From positions 1 to 64,000 of the forward strand of contig JBCCYL010000005.1 in assembly GCA_039189765.1 (NCBI GenBank): a stretch of DNA of 64,000 bases. The letters run 5' to 3'. The position numbers were made by a program, and so were the translations under genes. The DNA comes from Cyanobacteria bacterium P01_F01_bin.150. GTDB taxonomy: Bacteria > Cyanobacteriota > Cyanobacteriia > CAKZMO01. The notes beneath the pieces are model-generated. The model made no database searches and was not told where the DNA came from. It saw nothing but the letters and a program-made list of their open reading frames with translations. Shown piece after piece: positions 50,884 to 59,306 of this stretch; the stretch's first letter is position 1; every line of letters starts with the position of its first letter.

Positions 50884-50898
50884 CTTAAAATAACAAGC

Positions 50899-51546
50899 CT
50901 AGATATTGAAGGTGTAGGGCCAAAACCGACTGGCATACACTGCTGCTTGGGTGCGATCGCGCAATTGCAACCGGCTCAGAATACTGGTGATATGATTCCG
51001 CACCGTCCGCTCAGAAATAAAGAGGGTTTCGCCAATTTCGCGGTTGTTGAGTCCGGCTACGATTAGCTTGAGGACTTCCTGTTCTCGGGGAGAGAGCGAT
51101 CGCAAGTTTTCCGGCAGCGCTATTTCCTGGGAATGGGTCGATGATTCTGGTGTTTGAGCCGTCCCTAATGTTTTTTCAAACAGCCCCGGCCCCATATGGG
51201 TATAGCCTTGATAAACGGCTCGAATGGCCGTCACTAATTCTTCAATAGGCGTTTGCTTGAGTAAATACCCCTTAGCGCCCCACCTCATCGCTTGCTGCAC
51301 GTATTCGGTATCGTCAAAGGTGGTCAACACCAGGATTTTCACCTCTGGGAAGTCCGCACAGATTTGCTTGGTTGCGGCCACCCCATCCACCACGGGCATT
51401 CGCACATCCATCAGAATCACGTCCGGTTGCTTAGAGATTCTGTAAAGCGTTGAGACCCGATCGATAGCCTGCTGACCATTAGCAGCATCGCCCACCACCT
51501 ATAAATCCGGTTGACTTTCCAGCAGGTTGGCCAAGCCCTTTGCCAA
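50899..51546 (-). pseudogene. NarL/LuxR-family response regulator, N-terminally truncated with an in-frame stop
   Basis: Upstream of the ORF-track GTG the frame reads LAKGLANLLESQPDL*VVGDAANG, with TAG at 51501-51499. The MIR.LLVDDQ start is absent. The REC remainder (LMDVRMP) and LuxR HTH are intact. Confidence 0.8.
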
Positions 51547-51548
51547 TA

Positions 51549-52750
51549 CTACTCCAGAGGGCAGGGCAGGGGTAGCGTCACCTGAATGCGACAGCCAGTC
51601 CCTGGTGAACTTTGAATTTGGCAGGTTCCCCCCAGGGCGATCGCCCGCTCTCTCATCCCCCGTAAGCCAAATCCTGTGGTGTTTTTACTGAGTTCAAACC
51701 CCTGGCCATTGTCCTCCACCTCCACCTGAAGCCTGGGCACTTGATGGGATGGATGAGGGGACGATTTAGCCAATACCGTGACCGACAGTTCAGTGGCTTG
51801 GCTGTGTTTTACCACATTGGTCAGGGCTTCTTGCACAATCCGGTAAGTGGCTAGACTAAGGTCATCGGATAGGGCCGTGGGGATATAAATGTCACAGGTT
51901 GGCGTGATGGCAGACGATTGGCAGATTTTATTGACTAAGTCAGGAATGCTAGTCTGCAAGGGTTTATCGGTTTGAGGAGAGTCGCGCAGAGCGGTGACGG
52001 CGCGTGAAACCTCTTTGAGGGCCTGATAGGACGAGTCTTTGGCTTTAAGGAGATAGGATTTTGCCTGCTCTGGATCGGGGGCCCAAAACAGCAGGACGTT
52101 TTCCAGCAAAATCGTTTGCGCTGTAAGGGAATGGCCCAGGGAGTCATGGATTTCGCGGGCGATGCGATTGCGTTCCTGGAGGGCCGCTTGGCCTTCCACC
52201 TGGAGTGCATATTGCTGTAGCTGGGTGTGGGCGATCGCCAGTTTTTGTTGACTTCTATGGACGCTGAGCAGGGCATCCACTAGGAGGAAAACAAACAGCA
52301 ACGCCAAGCTAAACAGAATAATAGCGTTGGTCTGAAAGACATTCATCTGCCAGGCTTCAGGGCTAGGGAGAATCCGAGAGATATTCTGGCGGATGGCCGT
52401 TTGCCCCAGGGTTAGGGAGACAAACAAATGTAGACCAAAGGTAATGCCAGCGATCACGAGTCGCCCTTGGGTTTGAAAGAGTTGGCAGCTCCGGATCATA
52501 ATGACAAGGCCCAGGAGCGGAATTATTCGCAGCATCAATGGATTATCCAGGCAACGCAGCACTAAAAGGCCGAAGAGGACTAGCTTGATCGCGGTGTAGA
52601 ACATCTTGGTTCGCAGTTGCCTCAGGGGCAGATATAAGCCCATGACTCCAATCAATCCAAACAAGAGCAGTTCTGGCCAAAGGAGCTGAAAGCCTGGATG
52701 GAGAACCATTGCGGTAATGCTCACCAGGATGCCCATGCTGAGTAAGATCC
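51549..52750 (-). CDS. HisKA_3 (NarX/DesK-type) membrane histidine kinase, native 5' end apparently lost
   Basis: ERNRIAREIHDSLGH, QEALTNVVKH, DNGQGF and GFGLRGMRER with a multi-TM sensor. Homology begins at WILL. Upstream lies a REP half-copy, and the first in-frame Met after it is at 52736. Confidence 0.85.
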
Positions 52751-52842
52751 ATTGGCAGTTTCCAGCCAAAGACTGGGAACTAGAGATGGGAAGTGATACG
52801 TGCGATTTCTGCCTAGAAAACGCGATCGCCCCCCACTTTTGT

Positions 52843-52884
52843 TTCTGCCTTCTGCCTTCTGCCTTCTGCCTTCTGCCTTCTGCC
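52843..52884. repeat. Heptamer STRR-type repeat (TTCTGCC)x6
   Basis: Six perfect units read directly. Confidence 0.95.
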
Positions 52885-52908
52885 TTTATTCCGGGTAACG
52901 CAGCGAAA

Positions 52909-54111
52909 TTAAACGGACAGGGCGATCGCGTCTGGTTCCCCCTGCTCATCTGTCGAAGGCAGAGGTGGCGATGGGTGGGCGATCGCCAGCGTATAGGTAC
53001 AAAAGGCAGGCTTGACCTGTTCAATTACCCGCCGAATTAGCGCTTCATCAAGCTGGTTATACTCATCTGTAGACTCGGGTCGCAAAACCACATTAAAGTG
53101 AAACGGCTGACCGCCCCCCATCATCATGCCATCGCCAAAGGCCGCTTCTCCAAAAACAAACGCATCACTAGTATCGTCCGTAATACTAATTTGCTTTTCA
53201 GATTCTGGGCGATCCTCATCCAATCGTAAATCAGTGTAGAGATGGAGGTAATAGCGCACCCCCTTCCGCGTCCCTCGCCATCGATAAAGTTCAACCGCAT
53301 AGCGCATTAATCGCCGCTGCTGCTGTAGCGTCCAGCGCGGTTCCAAATCCCACGCCACCCACTTCGACAAAAATGGCAACATCGATCGAGGCGCGGTCAG
53401 TGGATCTAAATAGGCCCACAGCGACCCCAAAGTCTGCAAACTGGGGTCAAACGTTTGCTCAAAAATACTCAAAAACCGCACCATAAAATCTTCCGCCTGA
53501 AAAATTTCTGGCAATAGCGTCATATAAGTGCTGGCCGGTCGGACCTGAATTTCAAAGGACTGATAGCCCACGAGCTTCCTATTTTCCGATGCCCTGTCTG
53601 AGGCTCCCCCTGATTCTTCCTCCGCCCCGCCGTCCGACGCTTCCTCTTGGGCAAACAGATAGATCTCACCCCGATAATCCAACGTTAGCGTCTGCTGCTG
53701 GACCAGCGCCGACTGCGCCTCAAAAAAATCTTCCGGCACCCGCACATAGAGCGATTGGAAATGGCGATCGCCCGGCCCAATCTGACTGCTCTGCTCATAA
53801 TGTTTAACCAGCACCGGGGCAGTCACATCAGTATCTGAGATGGTAGCTAAGCTGCTCTCGCGATCGCCGTTGGACGGCAGCGGCGGACACCACGACTTAG
53901 GAAAATTACCCGTTAGTTCTAAGGTCCAATCGATAGGCCGATGACCCTCATTTTCTAGCTCCAGGACAATTTCCCCCGGCTGGCCCGGCAGCAAATTCAA
54001 CACATTTTCCCTTTCTTCAACGGTTGTCGTCCGGTGTTTGCGAATCCAGTCCATCGTATCGGGCAGCCGCATCGAGATCAGACGTAGGGGAATAGTAGGA
54101 CGGTGGCTCAT
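52909..54111 (-). CDS. Phage tail (P2 gpI-like baseplate wedge) protein of a contractile injection system
   Basis: Y..LLPEIFQ.EDF..RFLSIFEQ, LDPLTAP..MLPFL.KWV.W, LYRWRGT..G and IEQVKPAFC.Y motifs, plus an extra N-terminal Ig-like region. Confidence 0.88.
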   Translation of the reverse strand: MSHRPTIPLRLISMRLPDTMDWIRKHRTTTVEERENVLNLLPGQPGEIVLELENEGHRPIDWTLELTGNFPKSWCPPLPSNGDRESSLATISDTDVTAPVLVKHYEQSSQIGPGDRHFQSLYVRVPEDFFEAQSALVQQQTLTLDYRGEIYLFAQEEASDGGAEEESGGASDRASENRKLVGYQSFEIQVRPASTYMTLLPEIFQAEDFMVRFLSIFEQTFDPSLQTLGSLWAYLDPLTAPRSMLPFLSKWVAWDLEPRWTLQQQRRLMRYAVELYRWRGTRKGVRYYLHLYTDLRLDEDRPESEKQISITDDTSDAFVFGEAAFGDGMMMGGGQPFHFNVVLRPESTDEYNQLDEALIRRVIEQVKPAFCTYTLAIAHPSPPLPSTDEQGEPDAIALSV

Positions 54112-54128
54112 GGCAGGAAATAAAGGTA

Positions 54129-54160
54129 GGTGATGGGTGATGGGTGATGGGTGGTGGGTG
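54129..54160. repeat. Heptamer STRR-type repeat (GGTGATG)n
   Basis: About 4 units, GGTGATGGGTGATGGGTGATGGGTGGTG. Confidence 0.8.
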
Positions 54161-54214
54161 GGCTATTCATTCTGTGGCATTTTCGATCAAAATCGCTCAT
54201 GTATAAACGCTGCT

Positions 54215-54468
54215 GGTGGGCATTGCCTGGGTTGTTCATTTTGTTTGAAGATTCACGAAATAAGTTCATGTAGTTTTTTGTCTTTGCTTTAACTCTCTAT
54301 TGACCCACCCCTAGCCTCTCCCGAGAGGGGAACCGGACGTGTATGGAGATTTTAGCTACGTTCCGGTTCCCCTCCTTGGAGGGGCTAGGGGTGGGTTCCG
54401 ACGCAAAAGCTGTATGAATAGCTTTCTGTTAAAACGCCATAAAATGAACATTCCAGGCATTGCCCACC
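54215..54468. mobile_element. Nested inverted-repeat (MITE/REP-like) element
   Basis: Outer 28-bp arms at 54215-54242 and 54441-54468 (25/28 complementary). Inner ~38-bp arms at 54303-54340 and 54358-54396 are built from the repeat unit seen at 2961-3080. Confidence 0.7.
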
Positions 54469-54572
54469 GAACCTGAATGAATAAATGGATTCAAGAAGCA
54501 GGCGTAGGGTGTCATTTGCGCCAGTGTAACGTACTATTTTAGTCGCTTATTCTCGTGCCAATTTCTTCCCTC

Positions 54573-56999
54573 CTACTGCTGCATAAAATTAATAATATGG
54601 TCGGACTCTACATGGTCATGTTTCCAGGAACACAGCAGTCCCAGTGGACCTGGATTAACAATGGATTCCGCATGTTCAGAATGAAACCAGCCATCATAGG
54701 GATGGTAGCGAAGAGTAAACAAATTAACCCGACCCACATACTGTACTTCCGGTATGGACTGGATCTGGGCAATCACATCCGATGGACTTAATTCCCGTCC
54801 CAGCGGCCAGCCCTTGCCGTCCTCACCACCGCTTAAGGGATTAATATACCGATATAAATGGGTCTTAAGCCGCCTAGCAATCGTTGGTTGGAGTTGAGGC
54901 GACCGATACTGTTCATATAGCAACACATCTGCATTCACCTGAACCCCCACATAGGTGGGAGCTTCCAGCCGGACTTGAACCCCCAATAGCTTATGCTCTT
55001 CAAACTTCGCCGAGAGACATTTATACATGTCCGACTCCAGCGAAATTTCATAGTGTTTGGGGTCAATTCCGTTTGGGAAAGCAATGGCAAAATCTTGGGA
55101 ATGCCAGTCAGGGGGAGAGGCGATCGCCAACAGCCGCACCACCCCTGGAGAAATACACGGCAAACAGTGGGCACGATAAATACGAGAATGAGCATCTTGG
55201 GCCACTGCTTCAAAATCTGCCGGAATCATCGCAGTCTTGGCATTCCTCAATACCTGAGGCACCCGCAACACCGCCTCATCCAGCGACTCTGCATCTTTCC
55301 CTCCTTTTGCTCTGCCGTGATTTATCACCGACTTAACGTAGGGCACCGCTGTCTTGAGTTTTACCAAGGTTGCTTTTTGGACATTGCCGCGACTGCCGCC
55401 CCCAACGCGGTAGGCCGACATATAAATTTCAGCCCCCCTGGGCGGCACCTGACCATATTGCCATTCCCGCCGCTGCATCTGTTCCGAATCGTCCGATGCA
55501 ATCAGCTCATTGTCCATCTCCATCCGGGTTGAAAACTGCTGAATATCTCGCCCCCAAGGCTGATGACGGGTCCGCTCCAGGGTTTGATATTGGAGCTGAG
55601 ACGGTTCCCTTACCAGGGGGCCAAATTGAATTGTTCCCGTTTGGGAATCTAGGGTGTAGTGTCGCTTTTTATCCGTCTGGTTATTCTGGGATTGGGGGCT
55701 AGAGGAAGAATGGGAGGAATGGGAGGCGATCGCATCCAGCGCAGAATCACCAAAATCATCCACTTCCTGCCATACGTCACCATCCCCATAGGCTGAAGTC
55801 CCAAGCGCCGCGTCACCGGACGCTCCCATAAAGGCCCGTGTTCCATCCGGCACTTTTACGACAATATGCTCTGTTTCAGCATTCCGTTTGAGAATGGGAA
55901 ACCCCTCAAGCTGAAATTTTTGCCCCGGCTTCCCCGTACTAATGCCAACCAGCTCATCCTTTACCGTGACACACTCACTCGCCTCAACCGCCCCTCCAAT
56001 CGTCCTCACCTGAATCGCATTAATGAGGGGCGATCGACTGTAGAGATACTGAATCCTATTCGGTTGCTCATTGTCCACCCGTGGCTCATACACACACCGA
56101 ATCCAGTGTCCCCGGCAATCGGTCCCCAAATCTACCTCTGGCCACTGAATGGGTAAATGAAGGGTAATATCGGCTCCCTGGTCTGGATTTCCTCCTTGCT
56201 CCTGAAGTTCGTGGAAGCTAAAGCCTTTAGTTTTATCGTCCCCTCGCTCCATCAAAATATCATCTATCCATTCTTCTCCATTCCAGGCTTGCCAACACAC
56301 GGGCGGATCGTTTGGATCGATGCCCGTACTGCCTGCAATCACCCCCTTAAAATTCAGAACAATAACGTTACCATTAATGCGATTGCCATCCTCCTGCTCG
56401 GCGGCAAGCACCAGGTAGAAGCAATTTCCCACCTCACTGGTTTCAAAAATCCGCAGGGAATCCAACCTCTCCCATTCCGGATTATTGGACAACGGCTGGC
56501 TCCAATCCGAAGACTCTTGGTCCTTACGTTGCGCAGTAAATAAGCCCTTTAACACCGCTTTCCCGACCACCAAATCATCGCTAGTGGTAAACACCACCGA
56601 GGGTTCCGACTCCGTCCGCATGGTTGCCACCTCAGTCCCCTGAGGTACTGGCACCAGAGATCCCGTTCCCGCAACCACTGGTTTTGTTAAATAAAACGTC
56701 AGATCCACCGCTGCTGCCGCCGGAGGTTGTAACCGAATCCCCAGCAATTCCAAAAATGCAACGTAGTTAAGCCGGGGCACCTGGTTAAACCGCAACAGCA
56801 TTTGATCGGTCAACCAGGCAAACAGCTCAATCAGCGTAATACCCGGATCGCTGGGGTTATGATTGGTCCACTCCTGACAGTAGCGCGGAATTCGGAGTTT
56901 ACATTCCTGAATCAAATCGTTAAAGGTGCGATCGTCTAGATTCGCCTTGGGTAGATTGGGTAAAAATTCGAATTCTCGGAACAACTCAGAATTTGGCAT
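54573..56999 (-). CDS. Putative baseplate assembly protein (baseplate J-like) of a contractile injection system
   Basis: LPKANLDDRTF.DL, EWTNHNPSDPGITLIELFAWL, STGKPGQ.F.L, YRVGGG..GNV, GGKDAESL, INPLSGG.DG.GWPLGR. Confidence 0.92.
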   Translation of the reverse strand: MPNSELFREFEFLPNLPKANLDDRTFNDLIQECKLRIPRYCQEWTNHNPSDPGITLIELFAWLTDQMLLRFNQVPRLNYVAFLELLGIRLQPPAAAAVDLTFYLTKPVVAGTGSLVPVPQGTEVATMRTESEPSVVFTTSDDLVVGKAVLKGLFTAQRKDQESSDWSQPLSNNPEWERLDSLRIFETSEVGNCFYLVLAAEQEDGNRINGNVIVLNFKGVIAGSTGIDPNDPPVCWQAWNGEEWIDDILMERGDDKTKGFSFHELQEQGGNPDQGADITLHLPIQWPEVDLGTDCRGHWIRCVYEPRVDNEQPNRIQYLYSRSPLINAIQVRTIGGAVEASECVTVKDELVGISTGKPGQKFQLEGFPILKRNAETEHIVVKVPDGTRAFMGASGDAALGTSAYGDGDVWQEVDDFGDSALDAIASHSSHSSSSPQSQNNQTDKKRHYTLDSQTGTIQFGPLVREPSQLQYQTLERTRHQPWGRDIQQFSTRMEMDNELIASDDSEQMQRREWQYGQVPPRGAEIYMSAYRVGGGSRGNVQKATLVKLKTAVPYVKSVINHGRAKGGKDAESLDEAVLRVPQVLRNAKTAMIPADFEAVAQDAHSRIYRAHCLPCISPGVVRLLAIASPPDWHSQDFAIAFPNGIDPKHYEISLESDMYKCLSAKFEEHKLLGVQVRLEAPTYVGVQVNADVLLYEQYRSPQLQPTIARRLKTHLYRYINPLSGGEDGKGWPLGRELSPSDVIAQIQSIPEVQYVGRVNLFTLRYHPYDGWFHSEHAESIVNPGPLGLLCSWKHDHVESDHIINFMQQ

Positions 57000-57023
57000 G
57001 GGAGTTATGGGGTAGGGGGATAG

Positions 57024-57071
57024 GGAGTTATGGAGTTATGGAGTTATGGGGTTATGGAGTTATGGGGTTAT
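57024..57071. repeat. Octamer tandem repeat GG(A/G)GTTAT x6
   Basis: Read directly between gp25 and the baseplate gene. Confidence 0.85.
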
Positions 57072-57076
57072 CGCTT

Positions 57077-57107
57077 GTAGGATGGGTTAGCGACAGCGTA
57101 ACCCATC
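57077..57107. repeat. GTAG-foot REP palindrome
   Basis: GTAG-GATGGGTTAGCG-ACAG-CGTAACCCATC. Confidence 0.7.
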
Positions 57108-57146
57108 ATCGTTGGTATATTTTTTCGAGTTAATATATTTTTTTGA

Positions 57147-57242
57147 TTGGCATATTTTTTCGAAAAATCGCCTGAATGTTACAAAGATGATTAGTTGGTA
57201 TATTTTTTTGAGAAATCACCTGAATCTTATAAGGATGGTTAG
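57147..57242. repeat. Degenerate 48-bp tandem duplication, plus a partial third copy at 57112
   Basis: TTGG(C/T)ATATTTTTT..GA.AAATC.CCTGAAT.TTA.AA.GATG.TTAG x2. The second copy overlaps the gp25 stop codon. Confidence 0.8.
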
Positions 57243-57664
57243 TCATCCATGGATTCTAAATAAAACGGGTACACCATGCTGCGAATATCAGCTTCGTCTT
57301 TGGGTGAGTAGAGGATATGGATATTGACTAGCCCAGGGTCGTTAGCCATGCTGTCTGGTTCTGTAATCACCTGTCGCAGGGTAATTCGGGGTTCCCACTG
57401 CTCTAACGCTTCCTCAACGTAGAGACGAATCAGCGTCATCGTATGAGCATTCATGGGTTCAAAAACTAGCTCGGACAGCCGCGACCCAAAATTAGGACGA
57501 TAAACTCTTTCCCCCAACTTTGTGCCTAAAACAATTCGGATCGATTCCTCCAGATTGGGGGTATCTGCACTGAGCTGGATGCTGCCTTGAATATTAACCG
57601 TTGCGGGAAAGGCAAACCCTGCACCCACTATGGGATTAGGGACACCGTTCAATTCCTGTGGCAT
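57239..57664 (-). CDS. GPW/gp25 family baseplate protein
   Basis: GAGFAFP, ESIRIVLGTKLGERVYRPNFGSRL.ELVFEP, WEPRI and MVYPFYL. Confidence 0.93.
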   Translation of the reverse strand: MPQELNGVPNPIVGAGFAFPATVNIQGSIQLSADTPNLEESIRIVLGTKLGERVYRPNFGSRLSELVFEPMNAHTMTLIRLYVEEALEQWEPRITLRQVITEPDSMANDPGLVNIHILYSPKDEADIRSMVYPFYLESMDD

Positions 57665-57790
57665 GGTGATAATCCTGTTAGGAATACTGTCAAAAATTTA
57701 GCTTAAAATTGTCCCTCAGAATCATGAGAGATCCTTAATCTATCGTTCTGGCAAATAAGCAAGGGGAAATAAGGGGAACTTACGCCAAGC

Positions 57791-57816
57791 GATACTGGTG
57801 GTTCACCACCAGTATC
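57791..57816 (-). terminator. Perfect 11-bp stem hairpin after the beta-helix gene
   Basis: GATACTGGTGG-TTCA-CCACCAGTATC, 25 bp past the stop at 57842. Confidence 0.6.
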
Positions 57817-57841
57817 ATTTAGTGGTCGCCCCCACTTTGCG

Positions 57842-59257
57842 CTAGGACGCTTTATCAACAATATTCAAAAAGTCTGGAACAAAACAACTTTCTCGATCCT
57901 CAGCATTAATCTCCACAAGTTCAGACGTAAGATCGGCCACAATTTCACCGATTCCCCACATGTTTCCATGATGAAAAACTGTTGAGTCGTACCTCGCTCT
58001 TATTGTTTCTGAACTGTTGGGAACCACATTATCTAATAAACAAACATTTACAGCTGTGATACCAAAGGCTCCAATATTATTGAAACTGTCTTTGTTATGA
58101 CTTTTGATGTAGTTATGATAAGCTGTCACGTCCTCTGCATGATAAGCTGTCACGTCCTCTTCAATGGTCGTATAACCACCAAGACGTATGCCCCCTAAAT
58201 ATGCTCTTGCATCTGGGAAAATATTAAGGGGTTCATAATTTTCACAGTGATTGTTAGCAATAAAGATTTTGCTGGTAAATTCTGGGAGTGTCCCTTTAAT
58301 ACAAGCAGAACCAAATCTTCCCACAATTGTGTTATTGAAAACTGTAATTCCTTCAACAGTAAACCCTGGCTGATCATCTTCACCATCAGCACCTAGAAAA
58401 ATGCCTGTCACTGTTGGATTCTCAATATAATTATCATAGATAAGCACATTACGAACCGTATCAAAGTCATTAATGTCTTTATCACCCACAACAGTAATGC
58501 CATTGTCATTTACAAAATTCAGATGATTATTGCGAATCACCCAATTTTGTCCAGTTTGGCCAACTTTAATGCGCCCTCCCTGGGAAAAGTAATTATCCTC
58601 CACTAAAATATTATCTGAGTTAACAACAACAAGATATTGGCGTTGACAATTCCTTGCAATACATTCAACACCCGTTTGATCATAAATACGGTTGCCGCGA
58701 AATGTCACGTGTTCAACATTGGTGAACTGAAAGGCACTGGCAAAATTGCCGGGGTCACCATTCATATCAAAGCCACAGTTCTCAATTAAAATATTGCTAA
58801 GGGCGGGTTCTGTCACATTATATTCATGGGAACGAAATTTCCCACGCCAATTTCCTTTTCCCTTTATGAATATGGTGGAATCGGAGTTTTCACACTTGAG
58901 CTGCATGCCATCAAATATAACGATGTGTCTATTCAATGTGTAAACCCCCGCAGATGCAAAGAGATGCTTTCCTTCATCTTTTCCAGCTTGTATCCAGCGT
59001 TTTACACACCCGGTGCTATCGCCATTAACATGATCGGTATCGGCTTGATTACAGAACTCTTTAATATCAATGGCAGTGGCCTGATTGAAGGGGGTAGTGG
59101 CACCGACCTGCTCGTACCATGGCACTCGTTGATTTGCTGACTCTGATCCTGCTCCTGGCGCTATTTCAATCCTGATCGATTGGGCACTGAGAGGGGTTCC
59201 AGTACTCACAAAAGTTGTTGCGATAAAAAATGCTAGTAATCGTGAAACGTTTCGCAT
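57842..59257 (-). CDS. Secreted right-handed parallel beta-helix (pectate-lyase-like) protein
   Basis: Sec signal ending LSAQ, pectate_lyase_3-like start (DIKEF...NGDSTGCV..WI..G...LF..AGVY), and repeated NI.IEN / I.NN. beta-helix turns. Lower GC than its neighbours. Confidence 0.75.
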   Translation of the reverse strand: MRNVSRLLAFFIATTFVSTGTPLSAQSIRIEIAPGAGSESANQRVPWYEQVGATTPFNQATAIDIKEFCNQADTDHVNGDSTGCVKRWIQAGKDEGKHLFASAGVYTLNRHIVIFDGMQLKCENSDSTIFIKGKGNWRGKFRSHEYNVTEPALSNILIENCGFDMNGDPGNFASAFQFTNVEHVTFRGNRIYDQTGVECIARNCQRQYLVVVNSDNILVEDNYFSQGGRIKVGQTGQNWVIRNNHLNFVNDNGITVVGDKDINDFDTVRNVLIYDNYIENPTVTGIFLGADGEDDQPGFTVEGITVFNNTIVGRFGSACIKGTLPEFTSKIFIANNHCENYEPLNIFPDARAYLGGIRLGGYTTIEEDVTAYHAEDVTAYHNYIKSHNKDSFNNIGAFGITAVNVCLLDNVVPNSSETIRARYDSTVFHHGNMWGIGEIVADLTSELVEINAEDRESCFVPDFLNIVDKAS

Positions 59258-59306
59258 TGGTAAAACTCCTCCATGTTTATTTTCGCATTCATCATGGGCT
59301 TACAGA

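Noticed and set aside
52751..53024. N-terminal ~90 aa of the 491-aa kinase ORF
   Set aside because: Overlaps the tail gene's 3' end and is encoded by heptamer and REP repeats (KAEGRRQ), so it is an accidental open extension.
57112..57242. 48-bp repeats as CRISPR or iterons
   Set aside because: Only two degenerate adjacent copies plus a fragment, with no unique spacers and no rep gene.
52909..57664. Prophage or type VI secretion system
   Set aside because: No integrase, capsid, terminase or TssJLM/TssBC genes. The motifs match eCIS-type baseplate families.
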